Assembly (NCBI GenBank): GCA_025594325.1
Contig: JANHCV010000005.1
Location: forward strand, 310,001 to 374,000
DNA length: 64,000 bases
From: Blastocladiella emersonii ATCC 22665
Lineage: Eukaryota > Fungi > Blastocladiomycota
Direction: 5' to 3'
The notes under the pieces were generated by a model. The model saw only the letters and a list, made by a program, of their open reading frames with translations. It did no database searches and was not told the DNA's origin. Positions 56,530 through 64,000 of this stretch are shown here, piece by piece (position 1 is the stretch's first letter; each line of letters starts with the position of its first letter). A program made the position numbers and the translations under genes.

Positions 56530-58797
56530 TTACGCTGGTCGGATGTGCAGCCGGAACCCGGGCGCGAGGGCGGCAGCCGCGGGCCCGACCGTGGCCGTGG
56601 CCGTGACGGGGACCGTGGTGCCAGCGACCTCGACGTGCTGCGGCGGGTGCGGATGCTGTTGGTGGTACGCGGCGGGCGATACAGGCACCGCGACCGCCGC
56701 CGCTGCCGGCACCGGGACCACAGGTGCCGCCGGGACGGCTGCTGCCGCTGCCCCCGCCTCATCGCCCGCGCTGTCGTCGAGCGCAGCGGGCGGCGGCGGC
56801 GTGAGCCCGTGGTCGAGCAGGATGCGGCGCAGCAGGTCGTTCTCGGCGCGCACCACGTCGATGGCGGCCTCGAGGTCGTTGACGCGGTGCTCGAGGTACT
56901 CGATCTTGGCCGCCTTGCGCGCGCGCGACTTGCGCGCCGACAGCGTGTTCTTGATGCGCTTCACGTCGCGCGCGTCCAGCGTGCCGTCGCCCAGGTCAAT
57001 GTCGGCGGGCAGCTCGGTGCCCGTCAGATCCGCGAGCACCGTCGCAAGGTGGTGCGGCGCAGTCGACGGCCGCGAGGATCCCGCCGCCGATGCGTTCTCG
57101 TCGTACTGCTGCTGTGATCCCGCAGGCTCGGCCGGCGCTGGCTCGTGTCCTGGCTCGGCCGGGTGCTGCAGCGGAGTCGTGCCGCCGCCGTTCCCGCTCG
57201 CCGCAGACCGAGCGCGCTTGCGGCCGCGGCCCATGAGCGGGACCGCGGTGCTCGGCGGCGAGGTGACGGAGCCCGCCGAGGCCGCGCGGGGCGGGAGCGG
57301 GGCCGGCGCAATGGGCACGAGCCCTGCGGACCCAGCAGGAGCCGGGCCAGCGGGGGCGGCCTGCTGCTGCTGCGCGGCGACGAGTGGCGGGACCACGACG
57401 GCGCTCGATTTGCGCGAGCGGGACCGCGGGGTGGCTCCGACCAGCGGCGACACGTTCCCGCCGGCGGCAGCCGCCGCGGCGCCAAAGCTGCCGATGGCCG
57501 AGGGCAGCAGCAGGATGCCCGAGGCGCTGGTGGCGGCCGAGGCCGTGGCGAGCGCGGTCAGGACGGCGTGCTCGCGCGACGCAATGGAGCTCATGGCGGG
57601 CGCCGCCGCCGTGGGCACGGCCGATGCAGCCGCCGGGGTGCCGGGCGCCGAGTGGGTGACGGCAGCGGCGGCGGCCTCCTCGTTGGGCGCAGACGCGGTG
57701 GCGGCCGCGGGTAGCAGGGCCGAGTCGGAGCGGGCGCGCACCGCGGCGGGCGGGTGCTGTTGCTGCTGCTGCTGGTGCTGCGGGTGATGATGGTGGTGCA
57801 GGTGCAGGTGTACGGTGGGTAGCGGCTGCGAGGACGGCGGCGAGTTGACGGGGTGCTGCTGCTGGTTCTGCGACGAGTGCTGCTGTGACGACTGCTGCTG
57901 CGGGTGGGGCAGGCCGTAGCGGCCGCGCTTGGCCTGGATCGGGGCGTCAATGGGGATGAGGTGGGCGGGGTATTCGAGGACCGAGGGCAGCGACTTGCAC
58001 CGGGTCGCGCTCTTCTTGGTGGTGGAGGGGATCAGGACCTGGGTGGCGAGAGAGGAGATGGGGGCGGCCGTTGGCGCGGCAGCCGAGCTCGGCGGCAGCT
58101 GCGGCGGGTAGACGTAGTGCGGGTGCGGCGGTGGGTGGTCCGAGAAGGTGACGGAGCGCGGGCCCGCGGCCGACGTCGCGGTCGCCTGGATGGGCGGCTC
58201 GAGCAGCGGTGGTGGCTGCGACGACGGCGGGTAGGCGAGACCCGAGGAGGGTCCGAGGACCGGCGTGGTGGCGCCGTGCGCGGCCGCGTCGTCGTCGAGC
58301 TCGTGCGCGGCAGCGCTCGTCGTCGTCGTCGTCGTGATGGCAGCGTCGACCTGCATCGCGTCGTCGCCTGCTTCGTCGTCGTCGTCGTAGTGGTCAATGT
58401 AGCCGCGGCGGTGGTTCACGGGGACGTGGTAGCGGCTCGAGGGCGCGTGCGTGTGTTGCTGGTGGTGGGCACGGCGGAGATGGGCCGAGGCCGAGGTCGC
58501 GGCGGCCCAGTGGGCAGCGAGCGGCTGGGCCTCCTCGACGGCGGGCGCGGTGGCGGCGGCGGCGGACAGCACGGGCGAGGCGCGCGGGCAGTGGTCGTTG
58601 CTGTGGGCGTCGCCGGCCGACGAGGATCCCGAGCGCGACGGGTACGCGTGCGAGTGCTTGGTCAGGCTCAGCAGGAACTCGGCCGCGGCCACCGTGTCGG
58701 CCGGCGGCGGCGCGTCGTGGCCCTCGGGCGCGAGCACGGGTGCGGACGCGAGCGGCGGTGATGTGGGCGCGGTTGCGCTGACGGTCATCGTGTCCAT
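56530..58797 (-). CDS. bZIP transcription factor with a Gcn4/Cpc1-like basic region (755 aa, low complexity)
   Basis: KRIKNTLSARKSRARKAAKIEYLEHRVNDLEAAIDVVRAENDLLRRIL. Long Q/H/A-rich N-terminus. Confidence 0.88.
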   Translation of the reverse strand: MDTMTVSATAPTSPPLASAPVLAPEGHDAPPPADTVAAAEFLLSLTKHSHAYPSRSGSSSAGDAHSNDHCPRASPVLSAAAATAPAVEEAQPLAAHWAAATSASAHLRRAHHQQHTHAPSSRYHVPVNHRRGYIDHYDDDDEAGDDAMQVDAAITTTTTTSAAAHELDDDAAAHGATTPVLGPSSGLAYPPSSQPPPLLEPPIQATATSAAGPRSVTFSDHPPPHPHYVYPPQLPPSSAAAPTAAPISSLATQVLIPSTTKKSATRCKSLPSVLEYPAHLIPIDAPIQAKRGRYGLPHPQQQSSQQHSSQNQQQHPVNSPPSSQPLPTVHLHLHHHHHPQHQQQQQQHPPAAVRARSDSALLPAAATASAPNEEAAAAAVTHSAPGTPAAASAVPTAAAPAMSSIASREHAVLTALATASAATSASGILLLPSAIGSFGAAAAAAGGNVSPLVGATPRSRSRKSSAVVVPPLVAAQQQQAAPAGPAPAGSAGLVPIAPAPLPPRAASAGSVTSPPSTAVPLMGRGRKRARSAASGNGGGTTPLQHPAEPGHEPAPAEPAGSQQQYDENASAAGSSRPSTAPHHLATVLADLTGTELPADIDLGDGTLDARDVKRIKNTLSARKSRARKAAKIEYLEHRVNDLEAAIDVVRAENDLLRRILLDHGLTPPPPAALDDSAGDEAGAAAAAVPAAPVVPVPAAAAVAVPVSPAAYHQQHPHPPQHVEVAGTTVPVTATATVGPAAAALAPGFRLHIRPA

Positions 58798-58821
58798 GGC
58801 GCAGGTGAGGATGGGTGTGCG

Positions 58822-59287
58822 TCACTCGCGCGCAAGAGGGGAGGGGCAGCGATGCGTCAAAGTTGGCGAGAGGTGGCGCAGCTGCAGGAGAAAGGGGTTG
58901 CTGTTGCGGTTCACGGTGGTGGTGGCACCGAGAGCGCGGCGACTAGACGACGGCGGCGGCGTGGGCGCGCGTGAGTGCCAATGAACGGCGGGCCGATGGT
59001 CGTGCGCGGCCATGGCGCGGGGTCGGCGACACGCGCGCCGGCGCGACGAGCACCCGCACGGGGCGTTGCCGGGCAGCGGGCGGGCCTACATACGGCGTGC
59101 GTGGTATGCGTGCGTGATATGTGTGGGTTCCCGAGGGCCGCGAGGAGCCGGCGATGGGCGCGGGTCGGTTGGCCGTGGCGGTCGGGCGGGCGGCCGGCAG
59201 CAGCGGCGGCGGTTGTGCGGGTGCGAGGCGGCGAGCGAGTCACAGTCGGTCTCCCGCGCCGCCGCCGCCGCCGCCGGCCAGCGTCAT
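58822..59287 (-). promoter_or_regulatory. Putative uORF-containing 5' leader of the bZIP gene
   Basis: uORF 59287-59240 (15 aa), start-stop ATG-TAG at 59091-59086, and a 63-aa uORF at 59013-58822 in frame with the main ORF. The transcription start is unknown. Confidence 0.45.
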
Positions 59288-59924
59288 GAGAACTGAGTCA
59301 GAGCGCCGCCAACGTGCGCTCACCTGATGTCTCCCGCGGCTGTCTCCAACCGGCGCCGCCACCCGCACACGCGCGCGCGCGTCCCTTGCGTCGCCGTGAC
59401 ATCACCGCGTTTTCAACGCGCGCTTCGTGCGTGCTTGTTTTCGCCAGACTTGCCCCGCCTGGGCGGGTCCCCCGCCGCCCGCCCGCCGTTTTCACACGGT
59501 GGCCCTCGGCTGGCCCCGCAGCCGCTGCGGAGACTACAAGAACGCGCGAGGGTCCGAACCGAACGTTCGCTCTCCCTCCGCCACCGCATCCTCGCCACGA
59601 AAGGTCGGTTGATGAACTCTTGATGAATGAATGGACGCCCGCCCACGGACCCGATCAGACGCCGCGCGCTCGGGCGGCAGCTCGCCGTTCCGCGGCTGCG
59701 GACCTCGCGGCCGGACGCGCGCTCCCACGGCGGCCGGACATGCGCCCGCCGTCCGCCTGAGCGCCGCGGCCACCTGATCGAGCTGGCCGGCCCGCGCCTT
59801 GGCTCCATTCGCGTCCCCACCCCCGCGCTACACCCGAGAGACTTGGCCGGCGAGACTGACGCTCCCTCGCTCGCCCCTCCTCCGCGGTCATCGCTCTAGT
59901 CGTCCTCGTCTGCCCGTCCTCACC

Positions 59925-60619
59925 ATGCTCGCTGCCACCTCCTCGACTGTCGTACGTTGGATCTCCCCCTCACACCTCCCGGCGTTCGCTCACCCTCCGC
60001 CTCAACCTCGACCTAGATCAACAAGGCGCGCTCGCTCATCGTCGACTACGTGCCGGCCACCGCCGCCGCGTACCTGCTTCCCGCCGACTCGGACGCTGCC
60101 ACCACCGCCCCCGCCGCCCTGTCGCCCGCGACCCGCGCCGCGTGCCGTTCTGCGCTCGAGGCGCTGCGCGCGCTGGTCCGCGGCACCGAGCGCGGCTCGT
60201 CGCGCCTCGACCACACGGCGCAGGCCGCGCAGGCGTACCTGTTTGCCGCCGCCAAGTCGCTGCCCGCCGCGGACCCGAGCCTCGAGTTCCCGCGCAACGC
60301 GCTCGTCCGCGCCGCCGCCACCCTGCAGCCCATCATCTCGTCAGCCGACGAGTCCGTTGACCTCGAGTCGGCTGTCCGCGCCGTCCTCGACGACCTCGTG
60401 CGCGCCCTCGGCCCCGCGGCGCTCTCGGCGCTCCTCGACGATACCGACGACGAGTACGACGCCGCCTACGTCCGCGACAACGCGTCCCGCAGCCCGAGTC
60501 CCGCCGAGGTCGCCCCGCGCCTCCGGGAAAACGGCCGCGACTGCGAGGATACGACGGGCAGCGACGAGTCGGACAACGACGGCACCGCGTCGCTCGACTC
60601 GGCCGTCGCCACCGAGTAA
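59925..60619 (+). CDS. Hypothetical protein with an acidic C-terminus; intron 59952-60016
   Basis: ATG, a canonical GTACGT...TAG intron in frame, and core-gene codon bias. Confidence 0.6.
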
Positions 60620-60762
60620 CCTCTCCCCTCCCGCTTCTGTATATCCCCTCCCCTCTCCATCCTCGCGCGCGTGTGAACCAAAAACTCTCCTCCGACTAGA
60701 CCCCCCGCCCTCTCGCACATCCACAGCATCCTAATGAAACTACTTTTTATCCACCGTCACCC

Positions 60763-62582
60763 TTACCCCGCAGCGAAGAACGCCTGCTCGACCGCGCCCC
60801 CGTGCGCCTCGGCGTCAAACAACAGCACCACGCCCTTCTCACGCACCAGCCGCGCCGCGACCTCGCCGCACTCGCCGCGGATCATGCGCGCGACAATCGC
60901 CGCCCTCGCCGTCTGCACCTCGTCGTCGACAGGCATCGCGACGCCCGCCGCGTGCGCGACCGCCGCCACCACCTTGCGGAACAGCGTCGCCGTCTTGCCC
61001 TCGATCACCGCCGCGAGCGTCGCCTCGGCCGCCGCGCGCTCGCCCGCGTCCGCGACCTGCTCGGCCAGCGGGCCCGCGATCTTGGGACCGACGACGCGCA
61101 GCAGGTGCCGCTCCAGCATTTTGGTGAGTTTGCGCGGCACACCGTGGTCCGCCAGCTTCGCCAGCCCGTCGTCCATGTACACCGCGAGCGCGGCCGTCCA
61201 CTCGAGCACCGCGCGCGCCGGGTCGCCGCGGTGCACGACGGCTTCATCGACGGCGGACTGGACCCGCGCCACGACGTCCCCGAGCACCACCTCGCGGAAC
61301 GCGCCGGGGACGTGGCCCGCGAGGTGCCGCGCCACGTCCGCGCGCGAGACCTCCGTCGACTCGCCCGCAGGCCGCGCCAGGACCGCGGCGACGACGGGCG
61401 CCGTTGCCCGCGCGATACATGCCGCCGTCACGCGGTCGCGCCGCGCCAGCTTCGTCTTGGCCACCAGCATTGGGGTCTCGGAGGTCGGCCCGAACGCACG
61501 CGTCAGGAACGCCGCGGCGTCTGCCGGGTCCGCGAGCGCGGGCCACGCGCTGCCGCCCGCTGCATCCATCACGTCTACTACCAGCTCGACGTCCGCGAGC
61601 CCCGCGATCGCGTCGCGCAGGTACCGCGCGTGCGGCGGGGACAAGAGCACGGTGTCGAGGTGCCACGGCGCGTCGGGCCCTGTCGCGGGTAGCCACGGGA
61701 GAGATTTCGCGGTGGAGAGCGGCAGGTAGCCCGCCGACGCGTACGTGTCGCGCACCTGCGCCGACGCCCGCTCCTCGTACACGGTCGGGACGAAGGTGCC
61801 GCCCTGCACGCGGCCGGCGAGCGCGCCGCTTGAGGTGAGCTCGCGCAGCGTCGACTGTAGCAGGCCCGTGGGGCATGCGAGGTCGCCGAGCGCGGCGCGG
61901 ATCGTTATTGGGCTACGGGAGGGTGGGTCGGAGTGAGCTCCCCGCTCGCGCTCGGATCAGTAGGTGGAGCATACCGGTCGGTCGCCAGACTCGCCGCCAG
62001 CCGGTCGCGGACCTGCGTGCGGAACGCGTCCGTGTAGAAGGTGTTGTTGTCGATGTCGTCGCGGATCGCCACCGCCGGCGCGGGTGCGGCCGCGGCCAGC
62101 GAGGAAGACGACGACGCTGCTGACGCCAACTCGCCAGCCGCGCGCTGCTTCTCGAGGACCTGGTACACGAGCGCGGTCGCGATCTTGCCGACCACGGCCG
62201 CGAGCGCGTCGGCCGTCGCGACGCCGCGCGCCGCGATCGCCACAGCCAAATCAGTCTCGAGCTTGGCGTAACCCGCGCGCGAGAACAGGTACGTGTCGAG
62301 GAGGAACACGGCGCCATCGTCGTCTTCGTCAAGCAGCGTCTCGACCACGGCGTCGCAGTCCTGCTGCGACAGCTGCAGCGTCGGCGCGAGCAGGTGGAAC
62401 GGCAGGTAGCCCTTGAGCTCGACCTCGGAACGGAGTTTGGAGACGAGGTGCGCGTGCGTCGCCAGGTGCCCGTCCAGCGTGTGGAACGACGGCGGCAGCT
62501 CGGCCTGCGCTAGCAGTAGGTCCAGCAGCGCGGTGAACTGGCCCGGCGCGAGCGGCGGCGTGGGGGTCGTGGTTGATGACAT
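60763..62582 (-). CDS. UFL1: E3 UFM1-protein ligase 1 homolog; intron 61913-61974
   Basis: HTLDGHLAT..L.SEVELKG, FYTDAF, RPITI..L...LLQSTLRELTSSGALAGRVQGGTFVPTVY....QVRDTYASAGYL parallel UFL1 (HTLDGKEY, IFTEAF, FVPDIY, NGYL). Confidence 0.75.
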
Positions 62583-63183
62583 GGTTGCTCGATGCGTTGC
62601 GATGAGTATAGATGCGTGGCGGAGCGACAAGGGGGGCGGAGCAGGGAGCGAAGCGGGGAGATCGGCAGCCGAGCGAGGGAGGGCGCACGCCACCCTGCAC
62701 GCCACCCGCACGTGGCGCTGAGCGACACGCCCGGCGCGCGCATGTCTCGCACCGCGCCGGAGACGCCCCCCTGCCGCCTGCGCGTGACGCACGGTGCGTT
62801 GGCGCGGCCGCCGTGATGGGTGGGAACGCGGCCCTCGTGCCCCGCGCGCCGCACTGGCTGGCGTGGGACCGCCGCGATGGGAGACGCAGGTCCCTCCCTC
62901 GTGGCCGCGCGCGCAACCACACGTTGGCGCCGCGGCGACTCGCCCGCGCGCAACCTTTGCTGGCCATCCCGCCACCGTGCACGCAAGGCAGCAAGCTCGG
63001 TGTCTGCGCAGGACGGCGAGCGGGCCCGGCCCTATAAAAACCCGCCGCGCCGCCCCCGCACCCTCGCTCTCTCGCCTGCTCCTCACCCTCTGCATCTCGT
63101 TGGACGACAAGCCGGCCTTGCTCTCCTCCTCTAGCACCCATCCTTGCGACCTCCTCCAAACACCCACATTGCTCCCCTTCACC

Positions 63184-64000
63184 ATGTCGCCCTCGACCGC
63201 CTCCCTCGCCACCCTCGTCGTCGCGACGCTCGCCATCATCTCGGCCATCACGCCCGCGGCCTCGGCCCACTTCACGCTCACGGGCTCGCGCGAGCAGTCC
63301 ATGTGGCAGTCGAACCTCAAGTACTACCCGATCGCTGGTACGCGCGCTCTCTTTCTCGCGTGTGTGTGCGGGCGCGCGCGCTCGCGCGGGCCGCCGCTGT
63401 GATCGCGACTCTGATCTCACACCCACGACGCGCCCCCGCTCCCCTCCCGATCCCCGCAGGCAGCCCGAACGCGCGGCCCATCACCGACTGCCTGCAGGTG
63501 CCGTCCAAGACGCCGATCCCCGTGACGCCCGGGTCGACGCGCACCGAGGCGTACGACGTCGGCAACCACGCGACGCACGTGGGCGTGTGCAAGGGCGCCA
63601 TCATCGACGCCAAGACGGGCTCGACGGTCGCGACGCTGCCCGACGTGCTCAACTGCGTCGCCAACTCGCAGGCCTACTCGTGGACCGTGCCCAACATCAA
63701 CTGCCCCGCCTGCGTCCTCAAGGTGTCGGTGACGGCCGTCCACCTCGGCCCCGACCACGCCGAGAACTACGACTCGTGCCTCGACATCAGCATCGCCGGC
63801 GGCTCGGGCTCGGGCTCGGGCGGCAGCAACTCGGGCTACCCGAACGGCGGCAAGGGCAGCCGCCGCGTCACGGACCAGCTGCCCTCGGTCCAGGTCCCCG
63901 CCAACATCCCGACGGCCGCGCCCGCGATCCCCGCCGTCCCCGTCCCCGCGGCGCCCGCTGTCCCCGTCGTCCCGGTCCCCGTCAAGGCGCCCGAGCAGCG
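63184..64000 (+). CDS. Secreted LPMO-like protein with a predicted mature N-terminal His (3' partial); intron 63338-63459
   Basis: Signal peptide ending ASA|H, second His in NHATHVGVC, Cys pairs, ENYDSCLDISI, then a Gly/Ser linker and Pro/Val/Ala stalk. Confidence 0.65.

Overview
Compact, GC-rich, intron-containing eukaryotic DNA. Introns are mostly short GT-AG with GTACG/GTGCG donors. Gene content and style suggest an early-diverging zoosporic fungus, probably Blastocladiomycota (inference only). Core genes: LETM1/MDM38, a Munc13-like (MUN) protein, a GH18 class III chitinase-like protein, symplekin/Pta1, Tpa1, a Tra2-like RRM protein, a mitochondrial ABCB half-transporter, primase Pri1, Pex11, Rav2/Rogdi, an HNH-like protein, PDH E2 (Lat1), a Gcn4/Cpc1-like bZIP, UFL1, and a secreted His1 LPMO-like protein running off the right edge. 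An accessory island at about 12.2-34.3 kb holds: (i) two head-to-tail, Rep-less, frameshifted Helitron2/Helentron-like elements with self-complementary 17-18 bp inverted repeats, a covarying terminal hairpin, and an opposite-strand ORF ending in an NLS-like tail; (ii) a 5'-truncated Trp-Trp ankyrin-like repeat gene; (iii) three paralogous ankyrin-like + RNI-type LRR chimeric genes, one intact and two with nonsense mutations; (iv) a tRNA-Gly(CCC). A small lineage-specific membrane-protein family, with a recurring upstream DNA motif near several copies, is scattered through AT-richer patches at about 0-1.5, 34 and 48.8-49.8 kb. All calls come from manual translation and motif recognition; no database search was run.
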